A stretch of DNA of 64,000 nucleotides from Phoronis australis. Its lineage: Eukaryota; Animalia; Phoronida. The DNA lies in assembly GCA_002633005.1 (NCBI GenBank), contig NMRA01000549.1, positions 209,698-273,697 of the forward strand. The letters run 5' to 3'. The notes beneath the pieces were generated by a model. That model saw only the letters and a program-made list of their open reading frames with translations. It ran no database searches and had not been told where the DNA came from. This document shows, one piece after another, positions 32,693-45,245 of the stretch (position 1 is the stretch's first letter; each line of letters begins with the position of its first letter). The translations under genes and the position numbers were made by a program.

Positions 32693-34789
32693 AACTATGT
32701 GAACCAGTGGGTAATACAGTAATTAAGTATGACAAAACTTCTTCATGCCATCAATAATGACACACAGCACAGGTGTCATGAACTGGTCCAATTACTAAAC
32801 CATTCTTGTGATTATTTACACTGCAGTTAAGGTGCTTTATCTCAGTAAACCTTGCACATGTAAATTAACTTTTGCTTAAAAACTACCCAGGGTGTTATGA
32901 TATCCTATGCCCACTGTCGTCCAGCTGAAGTTGACATCGTGTGTAAGTCTTGATTTGGTGATTCAAGTTTGTGTTACTATTGAATGTGCAAATTTAACCA
33001 TGGAGCATGAAGGGCCAAGTCATTCAATCAAGATACATAGTTTATTTGACCCTCACATTTTTCATGCACGGCGAGACAAACATTCCGTCTGAAGCTGCTA
33101 GTAGAGGGTGATCTGGTGTCTTATTACGCTATGTGAAGTAAGCTGTCAGTCGTAATGAGTGGTCACCTGTCATCAATTGTCAAACTTAATGAAACCTTAG
33201 TTCGCTTAGTTTTAACGAGCAATGATTTGCTGGTGAAATTAGTTCTCAAACAATTTCATGTCTCAAGTAAGTGCTAATTCTCGACAGTATTTAAGTGCTC
33301 ATGTTTCTGACTGTCTATACACTTAACAGTTTCTCTGATGGTGCACCAATCAATTTCATCTTAGTTTGAGTACTAATTGACATCTAAAATAAGTCTGCAT
33401 GATGTTAATTGAATTATTGTTTTTTCCCAGTGGTACTGATTGTAATTTTCATCCCAAACACAGTTTATGGTAAAATGGACTCAAGTTCTCCACGAATTCA
33501 CCATAAGGGGGCTTATGAATTTAAATTAATGAATAATTAATGAGATTTATCATCATTTCAGTTTCACGGCACAGTCCAAATTAAAAACAGGGACTCTACA
33601 CTGTTCCCTAAATTTTCATCACTTTTCTAAGTTTTGTGTACTCAGCAGACGAGTGCTAAACTTTTCTAGCACATTATGTCAAATTGTGACCTTTTTTCTC
33701 ATCACATTTTCTAAATATATCTGAAAACTGAGCCTTATTTCAATTAAAATAAAGAAGCATAAAGTCCTTAAACCATGGCCATTGGATGAAAAACTCCCCA
33801 TTTATTTTCCATAATATTAAGAATTCAATGTATAGTTTACTTGATGTAATGCATACAGATAAAATATCAGAGCACTAACATCAGATCAGTGTTTGCACTA
33901 AATTCAAAATGGGCTGAAACTTTTAGGGAACATAGTTGAGTGACTTAGTAGGACTGTTCTATGCAACCAGTCGCAGATTTCAGTTGTTTATGTACTTAAT
34001 GAATGGGAAATAGCAGTTTGAATGAGGGATGGCTGTGACGAAATGTTCAAGAGTGGCTGGGTGAACAATCAACAGGTTTCAAATGATATGGTATCGGAAC
34101 ATGTGCACACACCCGTGTCAGATGAACGAGTAAACATGTTTATCTTGGGTATGCTATCATGTGAAATCTTATTTTGGGGTAGCCACAATACATAGCTGGA
34201 GATCAGTTGTCTCTAGGTGATGTATGGGATACTATGTGTACTTGTCTAGTCAACAGTGATAAACTAAATCTTCCTCAGTTGCCATGTACTAAGGATAACT
34301 TTCAGTTTGAATTTTAGACCATAGTGTTCCTAGTACATGGTTATAGACTGTGACTGAGAAGAGAACATTGCCTTTGAAATGTTGAGGTGCCAGACATCAT
34401 GTTTTGTTAGAAGCTGCATGTAGCAGGCACACTTGGAATATCTAGAGTTAGTTTTGAAAGCCAGGAAAATTGAAATTGCTTTGATGCCTGAAGACTGACT
34501 TACATGCACAAAACGTTAGTGTATTCAACATTTAATAAAAGATGAATAATAAAAATAGTCATCTACAAAATGGTTAAAACACATAGCAAACAGCAAAAAG
34601 AGGAGTTAGAACGTAAGGTAAACAGCATTAAGATCACCTGGACTCCTTTTCATAAGACTTGTTGTTGATTAGCACATCACTGTAACTATCATTGAATAAA
34701 GCTATAGGCAGAGATAATGAGGTGAAGTCAATATGGCCAAACTAGAATAAATTCAATCTCCAATTAGGAAGTGTTTTTTCAAGGAAAAT

Positions 34790-35110
34790 TTGCTGTCGAG
34801 ATACTCCAATCCAGAAGTAGGCAATGAAGTCCATTCATTTCATATTGTAACTTTAGGAACAATATCTCACGCAATTAAAAGTTCTAAATTGAGATTTCTA
34901 AAAATGTTTTGCATGTTTTTTTGAATACTCAGCACAGACGTTACTCAGAAAATGGGACCTGTTTCTCTAAGAGTCTGTTGGCTTTTGTCATTTGACTTTC
35001 AACTAAAAGTCAGTCTATGAATGGATGACCCAGTTTCACGAAAACAGGTTAGGGTAGAAAATTTGTCTACTAAGTCAAGCGACAAAAATCTGTAGTCTGC
35101 TGGACTAGAC
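34790..35110 (+). repeat. Dispersed repeat, copy 1
   Basis: GCAATGAAGTCCATTCA..TAGGAACAATATCT..AAAAGTTCTAAATTGAGATTTCTAAA..GGCTTTTGTC..TGTCTAC, also found at ~37140-37430. Confidence 0.8.
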
Positions 35111-36649
35111 ACAAGATAAAACATTTTGAGTAAAAGCACAAGAAAAAGAATAAACTTTTGGCTCTTCATAATCAGACATGTGACTTTGAATAAAGACAAA
35201 AGCCAATAGACTCTTAGAGAAACCGGCCTATGGATGTATATCAACAGCAGACTTTCACCGAGCAAGGGTGACCAGTCACAAAGGTGGCAAGACCCTACCC
35301 GTAAACCCCTGGAAACTTAAAAGATACAATTATTGCCCACAAGGCTGTGTTAGAACAGACATACCTGACAAATAGTCTTCAGGAACATGACAGATTGCAG
35401 CGGGGGTTATCTGAGTGGCCGCCATTGCTGATTAATGAAATGCCCCTTTTGGGCAGCATGTACGTAACTATGGAGTTGTACACTGTGTCATCTCTGACAC
35501 TTTAACCTCAAAAACCTCGCAAATAAAAAGGTCATGGATATGAATATTTACTAAATCAACATTTATACCATGAATGGTGAACAGCACATCTTGCACAACA
35601 CATAACAAAAGAAGTCATTGAAATGCTTCACACAACAGGTTTATGAAAGAGGTCTCGGATGAGTAGGTACATACATTCTACACACCACAGCATTTTCATT
35701 AACCTAACATCAGAGGGCACTGACGGCAAGTCTGTGGCTAAAAATAGCTTTGATACAGGCAGTGTTAGTGTCCAAGAGTTATCCTCAGATATTTCCATTG
35801 CTCTTAAATAAATGTAAGGCAAATCATAAACTTTGCCCAATTCACAAGATGGTTTGAAAATCAGTCTTAGCACGGCAACAGCTTTTTATCAGTAATTCTG
35901 TATATATTTTATGAGGGCATTTGCAGACTACTTCCTCTGTACAGTTTTTAACAGCAATGTGTAATTGAAAATCTGACGTAGGATTCTTATGAATATTCAT
36001 CGTCAGGGCCACACAACTGTAGTTTCATTACATAAATGACATACCATATCGTACTTCACAAGGAGGAAATTCTTCCCAACTGGTTTTAAGTCAATTTTCA
36101 TCAAACAGTCTTCCAGAAATTTTGTTTTCTGTTGAAAAATATTCCAACAGCCAAAAGTAACCTCTGCACTGGAACCTGATCAGGAGTAGACTTCTCACAC
36201 TCCTTTGAATAGCAAGCATTATCAACAGTTTCTAAAGAAACCTTTTCCAAAACCAGTGCCTTTACCAAAGGCCACAACAGCTGAAGATCACAAGCAATAG
36301 GGGGTTCCCCATCATATCCTCAAAAGTGACCCCAGCTTGCTGAAGTTTATGTAGGACCTTATCGACAACTCTGTGCGTTTAATAACAAAATAGCTAGAGA
36401 ACTGTAGATTGAAAGCCTGTAAAATTTGATTTTGCCTTTTTATAATTTATTAAATGAATCATTTGACCATATTTCTAATAAAATTTACCAAAAAAGAAAG
36501 GTACATTAATAGCAGAAAAAACAGTATCAATAACATGACCAAATTTATTTGACATAAATGCTCAATGTGTCATATGAATCTGATTAGTCATTTCTGAGAC
36601 TTGGCGTTCAAAAGAAAGCCGAATTTGGTCATTTTTATAGGGTGCTACA

Positions 36650-36930
36650 CCCGGGGGTATCACTCATATTGACAAGGTGCCCGCAGACATGTACTAAAAA
36701 CTGCTGAGACCCCCTATTGCAGGTACCAGGTCTGCTTTTTCCCACCCCTTTTGGAGGATAGATTTTTCATTTTTAAGAAAGGTACGTTTTTAAGAAACTG
36801 GATGAAATGGAAATTTAGGGGCCTATTGGACCCTGTACTGGTTCCACAATTTTGTTGAAAAAGTACCGCCTACCTGCACTTTTTGGTAAATGCCTGCAGG
36901 CACCTTGTCAATATGAGTGACCCCCCAGGG
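36650..36930. mobile_element. MITE with ~41-bp TIRs (CCC...GGG termini)
   Basis: CCCGGGGGTATCACTCATATTGACAAGGTGCCCGCAGACAT versus reverse complement of the right end CCCTGGGGGGTCACTCATATTGACAAGGTGCCTGCAGGCAT. Confidence 0.85.
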
Positions 36931-37139
36931 TACTACATGACTTTAGAAATGATAATATCCACTACACTGCATAGGATTGAGGTTCCCAATGATATCAGTG
37001 TGCACGAGAGTGAGGATCCTAAAGACAATACGTCAACAAGAGGTTTGTAATATCCAGTAAAAACATGAACCCAGTTAACTTGCATTTACAGTAGTTTTAA
37101 ACAAAATTGACGAAGTCCATCAAAATTTGATTGGTTTTG

Positions 37140-37430
37140 CCAAATTTACTGCCGAGAGACTCCAATAAAGAAGTACGCAATGAAGTCCATTCAGTTCATA
37201 GTGTAACATTAGGAACAATATCTGGCCAACTTAAAAAGTTCTAAATTGAGATTTCTAAAGAGGTGTTCCTCAAACAAAACTGTCAAAGCCTTTTTCTCAA
37301 AGTCTTTTGGCTTTTGTCTTACAGATAAAAAGCAGTCTACAGATGGCTTACCCCATTTCACAAAAACGGGTTAGATTAGAAAATCTGTCTACAATTCAAA
37401 GTCAGACAACAGAAACCTGTAGTTGAAACT
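37140..37430 (+). repeat. Dispersed repeat, copy 2
   Basis: Diverged same-orientation copy of 34790-35110. Confidence 0.8.
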
Positions 37431-38310
37431 AGATTAGGAATATGAGACCATTTGAAATTTAGCCAAGAATACTTGCTTCGAAATTCCAATTAGAATATCT
37501 ATATTTTTGAAAACTACAGTGTATCACCAAACAATTAATTGAAATACAGTAACAAGTCCTTCATATCAGACACTAAAAAATATTTACCAAAAATGACATT
37601 TCTGTGATTTTTAAGTAAAGGAGAATATTTAGTCCTTGAGAAGTGTAAATTCACAGTGTCTGACCAGTTTCACGGAACACTTATGAAAAAACTTTCCCAA
37701 ATTAATGGATGCTAACGGATAGTATGGAGTTTACCTGTGCGCAATTACTTCACCAAGTTGAAACAGAGCACACACAGTACTCGGTGCGGTAAGATGCAGC
37801 AGGACTCCTTGGAAATAGGGCACGTGGAGTTAATTCAATATTCATATTATGCAACTCAAGCTTAAGTCATATCAATTACGGAGCTCCATACCAAACCTGC
37901 ACCAGACTATTCTTACTATGAGGAGAACTGACAGCGTGCCTGGTGGGACATCATTACATTAAGTGCCTGATCACACCTTGCGTGACAAATACTTTGATCT
38001 ACTTCACAACAGTTAAGAAACTAAGGAGTACAAGATAACAATTGAAAGCTTCAAGTAAACAGATGTTATCGAGACCAACGCACACAGTGGAGTGTAACCA
38101 TCAAGACCCAAGATGTTCAACTCGGGAGCACATAGTAGCAGCAAAAGACACATTATCTAGATATCATTTACATTGAATTTCTATTTAATATTAGCATTGC
38201 ATTCAGGTTTACACGACAGAGACATTTCACACTATGTGTGATCCTGCTCTCCAACAAGAGCAGAGGCAGCTATAAATAAGAGCAGTGAGAATGATTGGGT
38301 GGTTAGACGC

Positions 38311-40541
38311 TCAATCCAGATCGACACCATCCTGGAACCATGGTATCTTCAACACACAAGAGCCTACCCCAGTCATACTGCGCGCTAGGGCACCCACCGT
38401 CTCCCATGTACCAGACGGCACATCATAACGCGATACCATCTTCTGACCAGTTTTTGTTTGTACATTGTACCCTCCTAGCACGTAGATCTGACTTTGGTAG
38501 ACGACACACGAGGCCTCCTTATGAGATATTGACAATGGAGCAATAATTGACCATTGGTCAGTGTCTGGGTCATAACACTCTGACTGCATCACAGGCTGCG
38601 CTTGCTGATTGGCGTTCAAGTTACACCCTCCGAACACGTACAGTTTATGGTCAGCGACACACATCACGTGCCAACCACGGGGCGTCAACATGGGGGCCAT
38701 GTCTTCCCACTGCTGCTCTTCGGTGTCAAAACGCTGTAAGTCGGGCGTGAAGTGGTTATTACTGTAACCACCGGCTATGAAGATGAACTGGAAGAAAACG
38801 GCACCAGCATGAGCATGATACGACATAGGCATAGCAGGGATCAACTCCCAACTGTTAGTCATGGGGTCATAGACCTCCGCCGAGGCCAGGCTGCCCTCTT
38901 TGTACTTTCCTCCCATTGCATAGATTTTGTCAAACACCTGCCCAGCAAAGAAGTAAGCCCGTTTGCAGTTCATCGAGGCTACTTGATACCAAGCATTGAA
39001 ACGTGGGTCGTAACGCAGCACCGTGTTAACAGCCGACTCGCCATGTGCGCACTGCGTTGTGCAGCCACCGAGCACGTACAGGAAGTTATTGAAGACGACC
39101 ACCTGCATGTGACTCAGTGCATTAGGCAATGTTGCCACCTCATGCATATTGAGGAGAGTACTTGCTGTGATCTGATCCTCATACGCGTTCAGCTCATCAT
39201 GGAGGCCAGGAAACGGGTGGATCTCACGACCACCAATGCTGACCATCCGTTCAAGGAAAGAGCGCATGGTATACTGCTCCTCCTTGTGGAGTGGCTGCGA
39301 GTGCGGAACTACGTGATAGTTTAATGCATCCAGCACCATGTCACGCAGATCTACATTGGACATCATCGCTTTGACTGTCTGCACATTTTTCACAAGATCC
39401 TCCGGACTTATAAGTGGAAACCTTAAATTCTTCATCAAGGGAATGGCATACTCCTCATGACTAGAGTCCTGTTGTAGCCAAGTCCAAGCAACTCGAAACA
39501 GTTCAATTTCTTTCAATCGCAGAGAATCACATTTGAGACAGTTTAACATCTGCTCATAAGTCAACAAATGTAGGGTTCCCTCCACGGCAATATGCAGCAG
39601 GTTGTCAGATATAAACGTATCAATCTGCCTCAACGCATTCGTCATACTGTACAGTTTGGCTGTATTAATGAAGTCAAAGAAGTTACTGGTGGTCATACCA
39701 CTCAGAAAGTTGCGCTCACAGAACTCAATCACCGGCGTCACCTGTAGGTGAGTGGCAGCAGCAGTCACGTCAAAAATGTCATCCCCCTCCAGGACAGTAG
39801 TGGAGGTGTAGATAATTTCCAACACCTTTTCCAGCCCCTTGGCAGTCACACCCTTGAGCTCTATCTCTCGTTGGTTACACTCCTTCATACCACTGGTGAA
39901 CATGGAGCGAAAGTAGTCGGAGCACGATACAAGTATCACCTTGTGCACGGGGAACTGCTGACCTAGAATAAGGAAGGAAGCTCAGATGGTGTACATGATA
40001 ACAGTATTGTTCTTGGCAGACATGAAACTGGCACAAGTCACAGACCAATAAATGTATACCTAAAATTTTGTAAAACGGACTCGCAGCAAGTCTATCCCAA
40101 ATGATCTTCAAAAGAGTGAAACATCAGACCAAAACAACTTTTCAGGCTTTTAAAAAATTTGATGATTTGCCACATAGTTGATCGAGATCTGTTGAAGTTA
40201 TCATAGCATATACCACTCCCATATTGGTCACATAAAAACTGCAATCAAGGATTTGCCAATGGTAGAAATGAAAAGTAGAAATCTTTTCATACAACNNNNN
40301 NNNNNNNNNNNNNCAAATAATGACACAATGTCTGAGCAAGTAATGCAGTTCACAGGCACATGCTACCTTCAGCTATTAAAGTTACATCGCACAGGGTCCC
40401 CTCAAACTTGAGTTTATGAAGTCCTTGCAGTATTTTGATGCCATGTTCCAGCGTGGTCTTGGGTTTGGTTACCAACTCAATTCCATTCACTTCTGGCTCA
40501 GTCATGTCTAAGCAGCGTCTCTTGGCCCGTCTATCGCTCAT
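38311..40541 (-). CDS. BTB-BACK-Kelch protein, KLHL26-like (CUL3 adaptor family), ~609 aa, 2 coding exons
   Basis: Exon 40541-40367 (MSDRR..LCDVTLIAE-G, donor GTAGCA) joins in frame to 39962-38311 (GQQFPVHKVILVSCSDYFRSMF..). BACK region (LRFPLI) and six GG..Y..W kelch repeats. Segment VLGGCTTQCAHGESAVNTVLRYDPRFNAW resembles KLHL26 from memory; orthology not tested. Confidence 0.9.
40296..40313. other. Assembly gap (N run) in the kelch gene intron
   Basis: Run of 18 N. Confidence 0.95.
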
Positions 40542-40549
40542 TGACTGCT

Positions 40550-40955
40550 TCAGTTAGGCTCTTGTAAACTGAAGTATGGAAAACAACAAAATGGACAGTC
40601 TATTACATTGTTCGATCTCAGTTAGGTTCTTGTGAACTGAATTATGGAAAACAAAGTGAAATAGACAGTCTAGCACATCGTTCACCCTTTGATCTCAGTT
40701 AGGCTCTTATAAACTGAAGTATGAAAACGAAGTAAATTGGAAGTCTATCCTACTATTCACCCTTCACTCTTACAAACTGTCAGATGTATGGAAAACAAAA
40801 GTGAACTGTGGACAACGAAGTGAATTGAACACTCTAACCAAATATTCACCATTCGATCTCGGGCTCTTGTAAACTGTCTGAAGTATGGAAAACAAAACTA
40901 AGTTTGGAAAACACAGTGAATTGGACAGTCTAACATACTGCTCACCTCTCCATCT
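40550..40955 (-). repeat. ~70-85 bp tandem repeat x5 spanning the acceptor of the kelch gene start-codon exon
   Basis: Plus-strand TCAGTTAGGCTCTTGTAAACTGAAGTATGGAAAAC..GGACAGTCTA at ~40550, 40618 and 40695, with looser copies at ~40767 and ~40862. Minus strand reads TTTTCCATACTTCAG|TTTACAAGAG; functional site at 40569/40568. Confidence 0.85.
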
Positions 40956-42720
40956 CCGGAATTGCCGATATTGAAATCTATTAACTAAAGCGAACTACTG
41001 CTGTTTTAATCCAGTTGAAAAAATCTGAGATCCCATAATCATCCAGGTATTAGTGGGATATCTACAGCACAATCTCACCAATTTAGGACATGGTGAGGCA
41101 AACAAAAGAAATTCAACTTTTCATTTTTTTTCATGTCAGAGGCACTCCACCAAAATGGCTCATTCAAATGGAATGGGCAAATGTTTCTCTGAGGTGAGGT
41201 CCTTGACAACTGTTTGCAGGTCCTACCCTGAATGTGCACGTATTGGGCGGTGAGAGAAATCACCAATGGTTGACCCCAGAACATTGCAATATGGAGATGT
41301 GACCTCGAATAGAAGAGTAGGTGACACAAGGTGACGTCAAGAAATTTAACTCTTCCAAGCTTGAACAAAGACTATCACAATCAAACTTTTTTTCGATTAT
41401 TCCTTTCTTCAATTGTCCAAATCAGAAACTGATCATTTTTACACTGCTCGTGCTAGGGGATATGACGTTGGGAAGAGTTAAAGACGGCCTCCTAAGGTGC
41501 CCCTTTATACGCAAAAGGTACTTATAGAAACATGACTTTGATGGTTTAATCAGTATGAGACATAATTTCACCAAAAAGCTTCCAACATGTGGAGGACCTA
41601 TGCGATGACTACCGTCTACTACCCAGACGGTGGTATTGTCTAGTTCCAGCTAGCCATGAAAATGTTTTTATGATCAACTTCAGCCAACTCCACACATTTG
41701 CAAGAAAAAAATTTGCTTCCCTAGCCAAGTCCATGCTTGCCGGTGAGAAAGTTTCCCCATGTCTCTGGCCCTCGCTAAGCTAGCCTCAGCTTCCGCCAAC
41801 CCAACAAACAATCAATGACCAACAGACAATGCAGCCCACCACACTCATGAACCACAGCCCACCTTTACAACAAATGCTGAGTCGCAAAGATGGCAGACCG
41901 CCTGCATATTCTCTTCCAAGTCAATTAAGGAAAGTTAACGTTGAAAAATGAAACTTAGAAAAGACAATGCACTCAGTCGTAAGAATGACAATGACTCAAT
42001 CAATGACTGAGTCTGAGAACTGGCTGGAAAGATGGTAAAGCCTGAGCGAAGGATCAGCGTTTCACTTCATTCAACTTCAATTAAAACAAAATATAACACA
42101 ACGTACACTTTAGACCGACTTCGTGAACCAACCTTCCACTGGAAATCTCGACGATTCATTAAAGATTTTTAATTACTCATAAAAACAGAAGCCGAAAACG
42201 CTAAACATTTCAAGAAGTTCAACCAGCAGTGACGTCATGTGTAACAAAACAATGAAAAATGAGCACGTTGAAATTTATTTTCTTTTAACATTTAACACAT
42301 TTAAATTTATATGTCAATAAAAGAAGCTTTTTTACCAATTTTACCATGGTACATCCGCTAAAATTCCAATACTGAGTGATAAATATTAAATATCAATTCC
42401 CACAACACTTTAATTGTTAGACCACACAAGAAAGATGGTTGCCGTTGAATAGTTTACTGGTATCCCAGCTAAGTCTAAAGGTGATACTAAAATTTAAGTC
42501 AAGCGTAGGCTACTTGTCAGAATTCTTGATCATGCACAGGGTATATAGGTTTGGCTTTATTTCTACAAAATGGCTTTTCTTTGGTTCTCATGCTCAACCT
42601 TGTCAGTTTAGGCAACAGTGAAAAGGTGATTTTTTTGTATTTTATTTGTTGACATTGTTTGTCGTATTTGGCTGTACAGTTTCTTGGTTCAGCTGAGGAT
42701 TGAACTAGCGACCCACTGAA

Positions 42721-42967
42721 AAAATATAAAAATAATTGCAGGCGGTCTGCTACACATTGTACCAGACGTGCGCAGGCAGCGCATGTGGGCCCATGCACTG
42801 ATTACCTGGAAATAGTTTTGTGCTTTGTTATAATATGTAGTTAAAACCGAGCTGAGGAGCTAGAAACCTGACTCAAAGGTCTAGCAGTGTGGCCCAGTGG
42901 GACTTGAACCCATGATCTTGAGTAAAGAAGGCGGACACCATCACACTAGGCCACACTGCCTCCTCAA
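42721..42967 (-). mobile_element. Apparently full-length tRNA-derived SINE with 14-bp TSD
   Basis: AGCGACCCACTGAA at 42707-42720 and 42968-42981. Minus-strand head GGCAGTGTGGCCTAGTG (box A) .. GGGTTCAAGTCCC (box B); AT-rich tail. Confidence 0.85.
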
Positions 42968-43004
42968 AGCGACCCACTGAACGAAAGGTTAGCATCCAGA
43001 CTGA

Positions 43005-44525
43005 TAGGCAATGACCATCGCCTCTGTTGGCCCGAACCAGAGGCAATGTAGCTCCTATAGGCGATCCATACGCCGGAAGCTTTTCGGCAAATTATGCCTC
43101 GCACCAACTAAACCATCAAAGTCACGTTGTTATAAATACCTTTGCGCATAGAGGAACACCTTAGGATGTTGTCGATGTGTTTAATTCCTTCCAACTCGTA
43201 CAAATACTCCCGTTATCAAACTTTTTTTTCGAGCAGTCCCTATTTCAGTTCCCAAAATCGTGAACTCAACATTTTTATACTGCGCACGCTCCAATTTTTA
43301 CCGCACTCGCTAGGTGATGTGACTTCATGACCTCAATCTTTAAATAGGCCAATGGTGAATCATTGCGGTCTTGTAAATCAAATGTTCGTTTCCAAAATGC
43401 CACCACTTATACTTGTCTTTAATTGGTGTTACTTGAAACTGATTGTATTTCAAAGAATTATTGTTTGTATTTGATAAAAATAAATGCTGTTGATATGACA
43501 TTTAATAGTCTTTGTGCACATGTTTGACATTTTAATGTTTAACAACACGGCAAATGCACGGCTGGTTCCCAGCAGCACATATGCAAAGGACGGGAACTTC
43601 AGCTTTCAAAGTTCGCCGGTAGGACCGCAACTTCTGACCTTCGGCCTGGTTAAAAGAATCTCTTGGCGTGCGCCGAGTGAAAATGTTGAGTTCACGATTT
43701 TGGGAACTGAAATAGGGACCGTTCCAATTTTCACGAAATTTGCACACGACGTGTAGATCGGAAAGTCCTGGAAGCCTATTGTTTTTGGTCATGATCGGAT
43801 ACAAAATGGCAGACGTGGTTGCCATTTTGTATCCGATTCCACAGTCAAGTGCTCGTAGAGGCCGCATTTTTCGACGTACATTGCTGAAAATCAGTACGAT
43901 TATATGAGATCGCATGTGATACAAATGTGCTGAAAATCGTTGACTTCCGGTCAAAGATGGCGGAAATATTGGAAGTGGCGCATGCGCACCCCGAAATATG
44001 GCCAAAAACATTTTCTCCTGTAGAGAGCGCATTTGCGAACCAATCACTTTCAAATTGGTCGCGTGTTTGTTGAGTTTAATAAGCTTTTATAAAAGTTTAT
44101 TGAACCGGAAGTCACTTTCAAGATGGCAGCTGTGGCGCATGTTCACACGGTTTCAATCGTTCTGGTGTCGCATTTTTAACGGGAAGAGCAAATGACGTGA
44201 ATTTTTGCATGTGGATTCCTTGAAGTATGGCCTTTCAAAAAGTCTGCAAGAGTGTATTTCTCAGACTTACCATTTTCGAGTTATTTGGCTTTGAATTTCA
44301 AAAAAAATGGCAAATTTTCAATTTTTTCGAAAAATTTTTGGATTTTTGCCAAACTATCACTTTAGATAGAGTTTTGAACGGGCTTTCAGAAGATATTTTA
44401 CAGTTTGCGCTACGACGTCTACTTTTTGAATTATTCGAGATTTTCGGATACCGTTGTTCCTTCGGTCACCTATGCAAGAACGCAGCTGGCTGGCTTTCAG
44501 TTCACATTGTTTTGGTTATGCCTAG
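43005..44525 (+). mobile_element. ~1.5-kb non-coding dispersed element with internal inverted repeats
   Basis: The first ~265 bp closely match 63736-64000. Termini TAGGCA...TGCCTA. A ~40-bp inverted pair lies at ~43236-43275 and ~43680-43719, and a perfect 18-bp hairpin at 43794-43837. The right boundary is inferred. Confidence 0.75.
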
Positions 44526-45245
44526 TTGACCCCGACTGATCCAGCCAGCATTGTCCTACTGTAGAGTGAAATTTCAGGCCAAATAACTTTGCTCTGCAGA
44601 CTGTCACATAGCGCCACCTATTTTGGAATGTGGGAATAAAGCATGGCTCGTCCGTCATGTTGCGCCATCTGTTGTTCTTTATTGTAGTTGATTGTATGGC
44701 CTCTATTTGATTTCTTCGCTAGTCACATGAATGTTATCGTGTTTTTCATAATTGCCGCCTTGATCGTCATGATTGTCGTCGTCCTCCCCATCGTCGTCTT
44801 TTCGATTAATTCCGCCAAGTGTCGCTCTTCCGAGCGCTCTCCTTTCTTTTGTCATTCTTTTGTTTCACAAATCACACTGTTCACATTGAAAGGTCTCAGT
44901 TTACTGAAAACATTCACTGCAGATGGGTCCAAGCTAAGAGAAAATTAGGAAATTGAAATTTGTGGGCTTGCCATAGTATTAAGTTGATCAGTGCTGTGTT
45001 TACAACTTTCACTATCTGTGCTTGTACACTATCTTTTTTTAATATTTGTGGCGTCCAGTCTAGTTAGCTGAAATTGGTACAACTGGGAAAAGTCATAGTT
45101 TGTATCTTGTTTGAAGTAGGCATGCAGCATTCTGAGAATTATTTTCGTGGCCCGAAAAATGAATGATGTTTTCCTGTTTCATTTCAGTGTTGAATATATT
45201 AACTAGCTGATGTTAAAGATGTGAAACGTGTGCTGGCTTGCTAAA

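Noticed and set aside
38340-39324. Plus-strand ORFs up to 190 aa
   Set aside because: Antisense shadows of the kelch coding exon.
42883-42960. Possible tRNA gene on the minus strand
   Set aside because: Embedded in a TSD-flanked ~250-bp unit with no canonical cloverleaf; better explained as a SINE head.
43532-44053. 173-aa minus-strand ORF inside the dispersed element
   Set aside because: No recognisable transposase or other domain motif; runs through palindromic non-coding sequence.
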